The notes under the pieces: model-generated
What the model saw: the letters and a program-made list of their open reading frames with translations, nothing else
Told to the model about the DNA's origin: nothing
Databases searched by the model: none
Part shown: positions 27,292-36,950 of the stretch, one piece after another
Numbering within the stretch: the first letter of the stretch is position 1
Layout: each line of letters begins with the position of its first letter
Assembly: GCA_965224085.1 (NCBI GenBank)
Contig: CBDCYI010000004.1
Coordinates: forward strand, 160,001 to 224,000
Direction: 5' to 3'
Length of the DNA stretch: 64,000 bases
From: Candidatus Marinacidobacterales bacterium
GTDB taxonomy: Bacteria; Acidobacteriota; Vicinamibacteria; Marinacidobacterales; SMYC01
Position numbers and translations under genes: made by a program

Positions 27292-28691
27292 CGACCGTCC
27301 AAGAAGTCGTAGCCCGCGCGCGAGGGGCGCAGCGGGAGCTCGCGAAACTCGACCAAGCAGGCGTCGACGACATCGTCACCGCAGTCGCTTGGGTTATGGT
27401 CGGAAACGCCGAGCGACTCGCCAAGCTCGCCGTCGAGGAGACGGGACTCGGCAATGTCGACGACAAGATCAAGAAGAACCGGCGCAAGACGATGGGTACG
27501 CTTTACGACCTACAAGGCGCCAAGTCCGTAGGCATTTTGAAAGAAGACCGAGAGCGAGGGATCACTGAAATCGCGAAGCCCGTCGGCGTCGTCGCAGCCG
27601 TAACACCAGTGACGAATCCCGGCGCGACGCCTATCAACAACATCATGATCACCTTGAAAGGACGAAACGCCGTCGTGCTGGCGCCACACCCGAAAGCCGA
27701 GGACACCTGCACCGAGCTCGTCCGTCTCGTTCACGATGCGCTCGATAAGTTGGGCGTGCCGCGCGACGCGGTGCAGCTTTTGAGCCTTCGAGCGAAGAAC
27801 AAACAAGAGAGCAAAGCTCGCGCTCAGGAGCTCATGGCGCTCGCGGATCTCGTCGTCGTGACGGCGGGTCCGGCCAACGTGCTCGCCGGCTATCGAAGCG
27901 GGACGCCCGCGCTCGGCGTGGGGCGCGGCAACGCTCCGGTGATCGTGGACGCGAGCGCGGATATCGACGCCGCGGCGGACAAGATCCTCCGGAGCGCGAC
28001 GTTCGACCACGCGACGAGCTGCTCGTCGGAGAACTCGTTGCACGTGGAGGCGTCGGTTTACGACAAAGTGCTCGCGGCACTCGAGGCGCGGGGTGCGTAC
28101 CTCGCTCGCGGCGAGGAAAAGTCGGCGCTCGAAGGGGCACTCTGGAAAAACGGCGTGCTCGACCGACGGCTTGTCGCACAATCCCCGGCCGCGGTCGCCG
28201 AGGCCGCCGGGTTGACGCACGAAGCGGCCGCGAAGGCCCGACTCTTTCTCGTCGAAGAAGAGGGCGTCGGGCCCGATTATCCATTCTCCGGCGAAAAGCT
28301 CGCTCCGGTCGTCAGCGTCTATCGATGGGAACGCTTCGACGAGGTGCTCGCGACGATCGACCGCATTTTGGACTATCAAGGCCTCGGCCATTCGGTCGGC
28401 ATCCACTCCCGTGACGACGAGCGCATCGAAACGCTCGCACATCGGGCCAAAGTCTGCCGCGTGCTCGTCAATCAAGCCCATTGCATCGGCAATGGCGGGG
28501 ATTTCGTGAACGGTCTCGACTTCACTTTATCGCTCGCCGCCGGCACATGGGGCGGGAACAGCACGTCGGACAACATTACTTATCGGCACTTTCTCAACAT
28601 CACCCGGCTCTCACGCCCGATCGCAGCCGAACCGCCGAGCGAAGCGGATCTCTTCGGCGACTACTGGGAGCGATTCGGTATCACGCCATGA
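27288..28691 (+). CDS. sauS: Acylating sulfoacetaldehyde dehydrogenase
   Basis: DKIKKNRRKT, PVTNP, TFDHATSCSSENS, GHSVGIHS, NGGDFVNGLDFTLSLAAGTWG. Confidence 0.8.
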   Translation: MTTVQEVVARARGAQRELAKLDQAGVDDIVTAVAWVMVGNAERLAKLAVEETGLGNVDDKIKKNRRKTMGTLYDLQGAKSVGILKEDRERGITEIAKPVGVVAAVTPVTNPGATPINNIMITLKGRNAVVLAPHPKAEDTCTELVRLVHDALDKLGVPRDAVQLLSLRAKNKQESKARAQELMALADLVVVTAGPANVLAGYRSGTPALGVGRGNAPVIVDASADIDAAADKILRSATFDHATSCSSENSLHVEASVYDKVLAALEARGAYLARGEEKSALEGALWKNGVLDRRLVAQSPAAVAEAAGLTHEAAAKARLFLVEEEGVGPDYPFSGEKLAPVVSVYRWERFDEVLATIDRILDYQGLGHSVGIHSRDDERIETLAHRAKVCRVLVNQAHCIGNGGDFVNGLDFTLSLAAGTWGGNSTSDNITYRHFLNITRLSRPIAAEPPSEADLFGDYWERFGITP

Positions 28692-29746
28692 ACTTCGACG
28701 AGCAAACGGCGAAAGAGCTTCTCGAAGCGCGGGGGATCCGCATCCCGCGCGGCCGACTCGCCACAACTGCCGAAGTGGCAGCCGCAGTCGCGAGCGAGCT
28801 AGGAAAGTCGGTCGTGCTCAAACCACTGCTCCCGACCGGGCGACGCGGCAAAGCCGGGCTCATCCGCTTCGCCGAGGACGCGCGTGCGGCCTTGGCGGAA
28901 GCTGCGGATCTCTTGGCGCACGCGGAACGTCTCCGCGTTGAAGAGCGCGTGCCCATCGAGCGCGAGCTCTATGCCGGCATCGTCACCGATCGCAGCGCAA
29001 AATCGCCGATGATGATCTTCTCGCCGGAAGGCGGCGTCGACGTCGAGACGGCGCAGCACGTCACGAAGAGGCCCATCGATATACGGCGCGGCGTGAGTGC
29101 CTCCACCCTCGAGTCCTTTCCCGAGAACGTGCGCGCGGTGCTCGAGACGTTGTACGAAGCTTATCGGGCACTCGATGCCGATTTGCTCGAGATCAATCCC
29201 CTTGCTGTGACCACGGCGGGAGAGCTCATAGCACTCGACGCAAAGCTCGTCGTCGATGACAGCGCGCTCGCGCGACACGCGGAGCTGCCGCGGCCACCGA
29301 GCGAGGGCACGCCGCTCGAGAAAAAGGCGAGAGAGGCCGGCCTCTACTACATCGAGCTCGACGGCGATGTCGGGGTCCTCGCGAACGGCGCGGGGCTCAC
29401 CATGGCCACCCTCGATGCGGTGCGTTTTTACGGCGGTCGGCCCGCGAACTTCATGGAAATCGGCGGCGATGCCTATCGCAAAGCAAAAGAAGCTCTCGAG
29501 ATCGTTTTGGGGAATCCACGCGTTCGCAGCTTGCTCGTGAATCTTTGCGGCGCCTACGCCCGCACCGACGTGATGATCGACGGCTTTCTCACCGGCTGGC
29601 AGGCGCTCGCACCCTCTGTACCCGTGGTGTTCAGCATTCACGGCACGGGCGAAGCACGCGCGGTCGAGCTCGTCAACAAGACTCTCGGCCTCCAGCCTTT
29701 CGATGAGATGGACGACGCGGTCAAAGAGGCGATCCGCCGTGTCTAG
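28688..29746 (+). CDS. ADP-forming acyl-CoA ligase beta subunit (SucC-like; probable sulfoacetate-CoA ligase)
   Basis: GRRGKAG, LLEINPL, NGAGLTMATLD, PANF; NLCGAYAR replaces the SucC NIFGGI motif. Confidence 0.8.
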   Translation: MNFDEQTAKELLEARGIRIPRGRLATTAEVAAAVASELGKSVVLKPLLPTGRRGKAGLIRFAEDARAALAEAADLLAHAERLRVEERVPIERELYAGIVTDRSAKSPMMIFSPEGGVDVETAQHVTKRPIDIRRGVSASTLESFPENVRAVLETLYEAYRALDADLLEINPLAVTTAGELIALDAKLVVDDSALARHAELPRPPSEGTPLEKKAREAGLYYIELDGDVGVLANGAGLTMATLDAVRFYGGRPANFMEIGGDAYRKAKEALEIVLGNPRVRSLLVNLCGAYARTDVMIDGFLTGWQALAPSVPVVFSIHGTGEARAVELVNKTLGLQPFDEMDDAVKEAIRRV

Positions 29747-30614
29747 CGTTTTCGCGCAAGCGCCGAGAGTCGTCGTCCAAGGCATCACTGGACGCGAAGC
29801 GCGTTTCTGGACGGAGCGCATGATCGCCTGCGGGACGCCGATCGTCGCGGGCATAACACCCAAAAAAGGCGGTCAACACGTTGACGCCATCCCCGTTTAC
29901 GACAGCGTCGAGGAGGCGGTAGGGCAACACAGCGCGACGACATCGGTCCTCTTTGTCCCACCGCGCGCGGCGAAAAGCGCCGCAGTCGAAGCCATGGCCG
30001 CCGGGATCGAGACCATCGTCTTGCTCACCGAGCACATTCCGGTCCACGACACGATGGAGCTCCTCGCAGAGGCCGACGAGCGCGATGTGAGCATCCTGGG
30101 CCCGAACTCTCCCGGCATGGCCGTTCCTGGGAGCTACTTCCTCGGCATCCTGCCTGCGTGGGAGCCGACGATTTTCTCTCCCGGTCCTATCGGCGTCGCC
30201 AGTCGGAGCGGCAGTCTCGGTACGCTCGTTTGCGTCGAGCTCGTCCGGCGCGGTTTCGGACAATCCGCCTTTCTCGGCATCGGCGGCGACCCGATCCTCG
30301 GGACGACGTTTTACGATTGCCTCAACGCCTTCGAGGCTGACCCGGGAACAAAAGCCGTCGTTCTCCTCGGCGAGATCGGGGGCGCGATGGAAGAAGACGC
30401 TGCGGCGTTCATCGCGGAGATGTCGAAGCCTGTCGTCGCGTTCATCGGCGGGTCGAGCGCTCCAGAAGGCCGGAAGATGGGCCACGCGGGTGCGATCGTC
30501 GCGGGCAACAAGGGGACGGCGCAGTCGAAGATCGCAGCGCTCCGAGAGGCTGGGGCTCATGTGGCGGAGGTCCCCTCTCACGTGGGACGTCTCGTGGCTG
30601 AGCTAGCGAGATAG
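29739..30614 (+). CDS. ADP-forming acyl-CoA ligase alpha subunit (SucD-like)
   Basis: VVQGITG, GPNSPG, SRSGSL, GIGGDP, MGHAGA phospho-His motif. Confidence 0.85.
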   Translation: MSSVFAQAPRVVVQGITGREARFWTERMIACGTPIVAGITPKKGGQHVDAIPVYDSVEEAVGQHSATTSVLFVPPRAAKSAAVEAMAAGIETIVLLTEHIPVHDTMELLAEADERDVSILGPNSPGMAVPGSYFLGILPAWEPTIFSPGPIGVASRSGSLGTLVCVELVRRGFGQSAFLGIGGDPILGTTFYDCLNAFEADPGTKAVVLLGEIGGAMEEDAAAFIAEMSKPVVAFIGGSSAPEGRKMGHAGAIVAGNKGTAQSKIAALREAGAHVAEVPSHVGRLVAELAR

Positions 30615-30704
30615 CAGGCTCGGAGTTCGCTAATTTCCTCTCAACTCTCGAACGACAGGTTTATTTACAATCGCCCAACGCAGTGGCAAGATGGATGAAC
30701 CACG

Positions 30705-30972
30705 TTGTCCCTTGCCGCCCGCGCTTCCTACCTCCTGTCTCGCCCCCACTTTCCCTTGATCGCGGGCTGCGTTGCGGTGCTCTTCACCTTGCCTTCCGTC
30801 TGGAATGAGTGTCGCGGTGCTCGAGCTGACGGACGAAGGCTTGCCCAGGGAGGTCGTCTATCGATTCGACGTCCCTCTGGAAGACGCCTCGCTGCGATGG
30901 GTGTCTCTCGAGGGAGGCGTCTATATCCCCGCCACCCCGCCCGAAATCGGATCGTCGGTTGTCCTCGAGTAG
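30705..30972 (+). pseudogene. Gene reduced to fused N- and C-terminal stubs
   Basis: MSLAARASY...TLPSVW joined out of frame near 30802 to GMSVAVLELTDEGLPREVVYRFDVPLEDASLRW...*. Confidence 0.5.
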
Positions 30973-31104
30973 GGTCGGCCGGTCGCCGTGGCTCGACGCG
31001 CAAGAGCTATCGCCGAAGGCAAAGCAGATCGGCAGACTGTGTCTTTCTCCTCGCGAACGGTCTTCGACGCTCATACCGTCCTTGCAGATCCACGCTGAGG
31101 AGCT

Positions 31105-32268
31105 TCAGTTGCTCGGTCGCTCGTAGTTCTCGTGCACCGGTGGCAGGAACATCTGAGCGATAGCCTGCGCGTGCTTCCTGGAATCGAAGGGCAGCGCGTT
31201 CGCCTGTACTGCCACGACGAGATCGTATTCCGGGTAGTTCAAGACGACCGAGCGCGTCCCCTTCACCGTGCCGGTCTTGTTGATGTACCAGTGGCCTTTG
31301 GCGTCCTGATCGAGTTGAAATCCGAGCGCCATCTTGAAGTCCCGCTTCACCGTCTCGCCGTTTCGATTGAGCTGCATGACAGGGTCGACATGAACGGCGT
31401 ACATCGTGGCGAGCGTAGCCGGCTTCATTAGCGTGCCGTCGTTGAGCGCCTGACCGAACCGTACGAGATCTTCCACCGTGGACAGCATCCCGCCGCCGGC
31501 GTACTTGTAGCTGGGATCGACGTAGCGTACGTTGACGAGGAGGCCGCGCTCGTTCCGAACGTAGCCCCGGCCGCGTTTGTACACGATGCGCGAAGGGACA
31601 TCGAACGAAGAGCTCAACATTCCCGCGGGCTCCCAGACGAAGCGCCTCATGTACTCTTCGAACCGCAGGCCGCTCGCTGTTTCCACGACACCCTGTAGAA
31701 GGTTGAACGCGTGCGAGGAGTACAAATAGAGGGCACCCGGCTCGAACATCAACGGGTCGTCCCGAAAGTGCTCGATGGCCTCTCCGATGTCCTCGAAGTG
31801 GCGGGCCTCGAAGAGCCCGTGAGGGCCGAACTCACCGTCACGATAATGTCGAATGCCCGAGGTGTGCGTGAGGATGTGCTCCAACGTGATAGGGGCTCGC
31901 TTTTCCGGATAGCTCGGTACGTATTCCTGGATGCGATCGTCGAGGCTCACCTTTCCGCGCTCCACGAGCTGCATCACGCCGCCGACCGCCAGGACCTTGG
32001 AGACCGAGCCGACGTTCCATACCGTTCCACCGTCCGCCGGAGTACGATTGTCGAGCTCCGCATAACCCACGCCGTCCGAGAAGACCATCTCTCCGTTCGA
32101 GCCAACGGCGGCGGTGATTCCCGGCGCACCGGTCTCGTTCCGTACTTGCTCGAGATAGCGAACTATCGCCGATGTGCGGTCGTCCGCGCTCGTTTGGGCG
32201 AGCACGAGAGTAGGCGCGAGCAGCAAAAGAATCGCGGGCGTCATCAAACGCGGGAGAATGCTGAACAT
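31105..32268 (-). CDS. Serine hydrolase, beta-lactamase family
   Basis: Signal peptide, GSVSK (SxxK), ILTHTSG, YLYSS, AGGGMLST; start uncertain. Confidence 0.88.
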   Translation of the reverse strand: MFSILPRLMTPAILLLLAPTLVLAQTSADDRTSAIVRYLEQVRNETGAPGITAAVGSNGEMVFSDGVGYAELDNRTPADGGTVWNVGSVSKVLAVGGVMQLVERGKVSLDDRIQEYVPSYPEKRAPITLEHILTHTSGIRHYRDGEFGPHGLFEARHFEDIGEAIEHFRDDPLMFEPGALYLYSSHAFNLLQGVVETASGLRFEEYMRRFVWEPAGMLSSSFDVPSRIVYKRGRGYVRNERGLLVNVRYVDPSYKYAGGGMLSTVEDLVRFGQALNDGTLMKPATLATMYAVHVDPVMQLNRNGETVKRDFKMALGFQLDQDAKGHWYINKTGTVKGTRSVVLNYPEYDLVVAVQANALPFDSRKHAQAIAQMFLPPVHENYERPSN

Positions 32269-32300
32269 CTTCTTGTTCCTCCAGATCCAAAGGATAGACA

Positions 32301-32554
32301 TGATGTATTGAACCTGCCCGGCCTTGAGAGCGTAGGTTACGCTGTCGCGGAAAAGTACGAAGACGCAGAGCCATAATCAAGGAGAGCAGGTCATGGCAGA
32401 GTTTAGCCGATACGTGGGACTGGATGTACACAAGGAGACGATCGCGGGAGCGATGGCGTACGTTGGCTTGGTTGCATGTAAGTATTCGAGCGGCGGCATC
32501 GACCACCCCGACGAGATCGCGGAGATCGACGCAAATGCTGATGCGGGCGTTTAG
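32301..32554 (+). mobile_element. Internally deleted IS110 relic (different subfamily)
   Basis: AAGGAG RBS, ATG 32393: MAEFSRYVGLDVHKETIA fused to MAYVGLVACKYSSGG; left boundary approximate. Confidence 0.7.
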
Positions 32555-32985
32555 CCTGGGCCAAACACGAGAGTACCCCCGTCGTAGCGGATCCGAAGCT
32601 CGTTGCTGGTGCGCGAGAACGAGACCGCGCTATCGAGCGCCTGTGTGTACTCGTCGAAGAAAGACGCCTCGCCGCAGAAAGCGCGGGTGCAGGCGAGGGT
32701 TGAGATCTCGAGGCTGGTACCGTCGACCTGATAGCCGCCATTGCACTGGTTGCAGTCAGCGCGAACCGCGAGGTCCCCATCGACAGAAAACGTGGCGGTG
32801 TAGCGTTCCGGGTCGTCGATCGTGACGGTGTTGCCGCCGTCTCGTTCGATGGATTGGAGCTGCCAGCTTCCGACCAGTGTCGTGACCTCGGTGGGGCCGG
32901 CGGTGTCGTCGTCGCCGCCGCAGCCGGCGAGGGTGATACAGCAGAGGCCTAGTCCCAGTGCACGTAGCGTTGCCATGACAAACAT
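32551..32985 (-). CDS. META (HslJ-like) domain lipoprotein
   Basis: Lipobox LAGC, WQLQSI, ADCNQCNGGY, CTRAFC. Confidence 0.85.
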   Translation of the reverse strand: MFVMATLRALGLGLCCITLAGCGGDDDTAGPTEVTTLVGSWQLQSIERDGGNTVTIDDPERYTATFSVDGDLAVRADCNQCNGGYQVDGTSLEISTLACTRAFCGEASFFDEYTQALDSAVSFSRTSNELRIRYDGGTLVFGPG

Positions 32986-33050
32986 CTCCTTCTAACTGAC
33001 GGGCACTGGGTAAGCCATACTAGCACGCTGCGGCGTGGAGGACGCCGCCG

Positions 33051-35552
33051 TTACTCGGAGCGCAGCACGACCGCCGGATCCAGGCGTGACGCGCGACGGG
33101 CGGGGAGATAGGAGGCGAGTCCGGCCGCCGCCACGATGACGAGCGTTACGACTCCATAGATTGCGGCATCCGTCGGTGCAATCTCGTAGAGATGCGCTTG
33201 AAGACGAGCGCCCGAGAAAGCCACCCCCGCTCCCGCGGCCACGCCGAGGAGGACCGGTCTCATTCCCCGTCGCAGCACGAGGCGCAGGACGTCTCGCGCG
33301 CTGGCACCTAAGGCGATCCTCAGTCCCATTTCGTGCGCCCGACCTGCGACGGCTTGGGAGACGACGCCGAAAACACCCAGAGTTGCCAGAACGAGGGCGA
33401 CGAGCGCAAACACGGTCACGATCGTCGTATTGAAACGCCAGGGAAGAAGCTCGCTATCGATGACGGATTGCATCGTCCGCACCCGCTCGACGCGAAGATT
33501 CGCATCGATCTCGGCGATCGCCAACCGAACGCGAGTGGCGGCGGCGAGAGGGTCACCTTCAGCTCGAACCGCGAGCGCCATTGGGACGAACCGCGACTGT
33601 TGGTATGGAATGTATACGTCCATTCGAGTGCCCGTCAGTTCGCGGTAGCGTGCATCCCCGACGACGCCCACGACGGTTTGCCACTCGGAGCGCCGGTTCT
33701 CGCTCCGATGACCCAGGGTGATGACGTGCTGTCCGATCGGGTCTCGATCAGGCCAGAGCTTTTCGGCGAAACTTTCGCTGACAATGACGACGCGCGGCGC
33801 GTTCTCCGTATCCTCGCCGGTGAACGTGCGACCACTCAGAATCGGAATCGCCATCGCGGAGAAATAGCCTCCGGAAATCGCTTCCCAGTTGACGCGCGGG
33901 TTTTGCTCCATGAACTGCAGCGAGGGTGCCGAGAAGTCGAGCTCTTCTCCTGTTTCGGGGTGGGTTCGAAAGACCGTGTCCCACGGTGGATTCTGGCTCT
34001 CCGCGACCCACCACAAGTCCCAACCAAGGGCACCCGCGGCGAAAGGTGGGACTAGTACCGCACCCGCGCGGGACACGCCAGAGAGCCCCTCGACGCGCTC
34101 GATCGAGCGCCGAATCAAAGACCGACTCTCCTCGACGGACTCATAGCTACCCGCGGGTCGTTTGATATCGAATAGAAGAAGACGCTCCGTTCGATAGCCG
34201 AGATCCGTATTCTTCAGATTGAAGAAGCTCTCGATCAAAAGCCCGGAAGCGACGACGAGTACGAAGGTCATCGCGATCTCGAAGAATACGAAACTCTGAC
34301 GCAGCCTCACCGATTCGGTGGAAACGCTCCCGCGCGCATCGGAAATGGCGACCGCCGGTGAACGCCGTGTCGCGCCGATGGCAGGGCCAGCGGCCACGAG
34401 CACAGCCGCCGCGCCCGCGGTCGACAAAGCAAAGAGGAGCATGGGCCAATCGATTCCGATTTGATCGAGTCGCGGCAACCCGGATGGGGCGAGCGCGAGT
34501 ATGGATTCGAGCGCAGTGTGAGCGACAAAGATCCCGAGGCCTCCACCGACGAGCGCCACGACGGCCGTCTCCGCGAGAATCGCGCGCGTTACGTGACGAC
34601 GCGAGGCTCCGAGCGCGGTACGGATGGCGATTTCCTTACGCCGTAACGACCCCCGGGCCAGAAAGAGGCTCGACACGTTGGCGCAAGCGATAAGAAGGAG
34701 CATCACTACAGTCCCTTGCAACACCCTGAGCGCCGAGCGCGTGTTGTCGCCCAAGAAATAGTCCAAGACTGGGACCGCGTGAACTCGTCGCGAGGCTGCC
34801 TCGGCGCGGTCGTTCTCCCGGTAGAGTTGCGGAATAAGTGCGTCGAGCTCTGCGGCCGCCGCTTCCACGGCAACCCCTGGTGCGAGGCGACCGACGGCGA
34901 ACAAGAACGAGAAGCCGCGACTCGGCCAGATGGGGTCTTCTTTCCGGAGCGGAGTCCAGAGCTTGGCACCGCTCGGAAACTCGAATCCGGGTGGCATCAC
35001 GCCGACGATCGCGCGGTCGCGCTGCTCCAACCGGATGCGGCGTCCCAAGACTTCTTCGTCAGCTTCGAAGATCTGTCGCCACGCCTCATAGCTCAGCACC
35101 ACGGCGTGATCCGACTCCGGCAGATCTTCCTCTGGCAGAAAGCCGCGCCCGAGAAAGGGCTGAACGCCAAGCATTTGGAAAAAGGAAGGAGTTACTTGGG
35201 CCGCCAGGACTTCGATGTGCTCACCCCCGTCTAGCTCGAGTCCGTATCGACTATGCGTCGGGGTGAACGCCGCCATGTCTTCGAAAGACGTGGTCCTTTC
35301 TCGCCAGTCGAAGAAATGGGGAAGCGAGATCTCACTGAACGGCACCTCGTCCGCTGGCTTTCTTTCATAGAGGACGTAGACTCGATCCTCGTCCAGGACG
35401 AGCGGCTCGAAGAGGACGGCATCGACAACGCTGAAAATCGCTGTTGCTGCTCCGATGCCGACGCCGAGAAGCAGGACCCCCGCTATGGAGAAACCTGGCG
35501 TGCTCGACAGCCAACGTAACGCGTGTCGAATCTCTTGGAGCAAAGCTTCCAT
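33051..35552 (-). CDS. ADOP/MacB-FtsX duplicated ABC permease
   Basis: LQEIRHALR, GIGAATAIFSVV, LLIACANV, EIAIRTALGA, PARRASRLDP. Confidence 0.92.
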   Translation of the reverse strand: MEALLQEIRHALRWLSSTPGFSIAGVLLLGVGIGAATAIFSVVDAVLFEPLVLDEDRVYVLYERKPADEVPFSEISLPHFFDWRERTTSFEDMAAFTPTHSRYGLELDGGEHIEVLAAQVTPSFFQMLGVQPFLGRGFLPEEDLPESDHAVVLSYEAWRQIFEADEEVLGRRIRLEQRDRAIVGVMPPGFEFPSGAKLWTPLRKEDPIWPSRGFSFLFAVGRLAPGVAVEAAAAELDALIPQLYRENDRAEAASRRVHAVPVLDYFLGDNTRSALRVLQGTVVMLLLIACANVSSLFLARGSLRRKEIAIRTALGASRRHVTRAILAETAVVALVGGGLGIFVAHTALESILALAPSGLPRLDQIGIDWPMLLFALSTAGAAAVLVAAGPAIGATRRSPAVAISDARGSVSTESVRLRQSFVFFEIAMTFVLVVASGLLIESFFNLKNTDLGYRTERLLLFDIKRPAGSYESVEESRSLIRRSIERVEGLSGVSRAGAVLVPPFAAGALGWDLWWVAESQNPPWDTVFRTHPETGEELDFSAPSLQFMEQNPRVNWEAISGGYFSAMAIPILSGRTFTGEDTENAPRVVIVSESFAEKLWPDRDPIGQHVITLGHRSENRRSEWQTVVGVVGDARYRELTGTRMDVYIPYQQSRFVPMALAVRAEGDPLAAATRVRLAIAEIDANLRVERVRTMQSVIDSELLPWRFNTTIVTVFALVALVLATLGVFGVVSQAVAGRAHEMGLRIALGASARDVLRLVLRRGMRPVLLGVAAGAGVAFSGARLQAHLYEIAPTDAAIYGVVTLVIVAAAGLASYLPARRASRLDPAVVLRSE

Positions 35553-35589
35553 GGATGGGTGTCCGCGCCGCGTTGAGTCGGAAAACGCG

Positions 35590-36234
35590 TCAGGCTTTCG
35601 TTTTCCTCGCGCGTGAAATCGCTTTCTTTCTCGCTGGGGGTTTCCTCTTCGCCGTCGCCTTCTTCTTCGCGCTCGCCTTCTTGGACGCAGCGCCTTTGCC
35701 CTTGGCGGCACGCTTCAGTTTCGCCACTTCTTTCTTCAAGGCGTCCACCTCGCTCTTTCGGGCCACGCCCGCTCACTTAACCCTAATCGCAAAATCTTCG
35801 AAGCACGAAAACGCGAAACAGCCGCACTGGGCGCAGGCGAGAAGCTCGTGCTGGGGCACCCGCTCGCCGCCACTATAGGTGATTCTGCACGGTGTATGCA
35901 GAACCTGGAAAAGGTGCTATTCACGGGGCCAAAGACCTCAGACACGGTGACGTTTATTTGCGATTAGGGTTAAGAGCCCTTGCGCCCTCGCGATCGAAGG
36001 CCGCTTCGATATTCGTGTAGGTCTCGTTCGCTTGCTTGTTGGCGGCCTTGACGGTGTCCTGGCCGTCGCCCGAGTCGGGATCAGGTCTTCATATTTTCTT
36101 GCCTTGCTTTACGAGGGTCTTGAAGAGCTTGTCGCCCTGCTTTTCCGCTTGGGCCAGTGCCCCGAGGCCGCGAGCCATACCTTGTTGGCGGAAGTCTTCA
36201 ATGCGCCCAAAGCGTCGTCTTTTTTCTTCGCCAT
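35590..36234 (-). pseudogene. Phasin (PhaF-like) with Lys/Ala tail; frameshifts, nonsense codon and MITE insertion
   Basis: SANKVWLA/LGALAQAEKQGDKLFKTLVKQG, FDREGARALK*AGVARKSEVDAL, KKASAKKK tail. Confidence 0.75.
35781..35969. mobile_element. 189-bp MITE with 13-bp TIRs and TTAA target duplication
   Basis: TTAA|CCCTAATCGCAAA...TTTGCGATTAGGG|TTAA; excision restores the phasin reading frame. Confidence 0.85.
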
Positions 36235-36358
36235 AACGGATAGTGTACCGCGTCTCGAGCGTGGCGGCCACCTGGCGGCGACGGTTTCGTTAGAATGAGA
36301 CCCCACCATGCTCCGTGTCGTTGCCCTCGGCGTCGCAATACTGATTTTGGTGCGCCCG

Positions 36359-36878
36359 TCACCAGCGGCGCAGGGGGTCGAGCGACGCGACGCGCTGGCG
36401 GCCAAAATCGACGAACCCCCTTGGCCCGAGACTCCTGAAATACTTATTGATGTTGGCTTTGAACTCGTAATCGAGCACCCGCGTCGGAAGCTCGGAGAAG
36501 ACGTTGGCGTTGTCCATGCTGGCAATGTTGGCTGGGTCGATCACTTCGGCTCCCGCGGCCCTCATGTCTTCAATGGCCTGATCGAACACGGCTAGCACGC
36601 GTTCGTCGAAGCCAGGAAAGTTCCGAGGCCACGCCGATGCGCGCGCCTTTCAACCCATCCGGATCCAAAAACTGTGTGTAGTCCGCGTGGAAGTTGCCCT
36701 CGCTCGCGGCCGTCGCCTCGTCTCGCGGATCGACACCGGTGATCGCACCGAGGAGAGCGGCGGCGTCCGCCAGGGTTCGCGTCATCGGCCCGGCGGTGTC
36801 CTGTGAATGCGAGATGGGGATGATGCCGGAGCGGCTCCAAAGACCGACCGTGGGCTTGATCCCCACGATACCGTTTGA
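36359..36878 (-). pseudogene. Amidase internal fragment, frameshifted
   Basis: NGIVGIKPTVGLWSRSGIIPISHSQDTAGPM, LKGARIGV, YEFKANINKY; both ends missing. Confidence 0.75.
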
Positions 36879-36950
36879 TCGAGGACGGATAGCTATCACG
36901 CTGACGGTTAAGGCGAGCTAATCCGAAGAGAACGGTCCCAGAGTACTTCG

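Noticed and set aside
28688-30614. Calling these genes the TCA-cycle sucCD
   Set aside because: Substrate-site motifs differ, and the genes are coupled to sauS and a DASS transporter.
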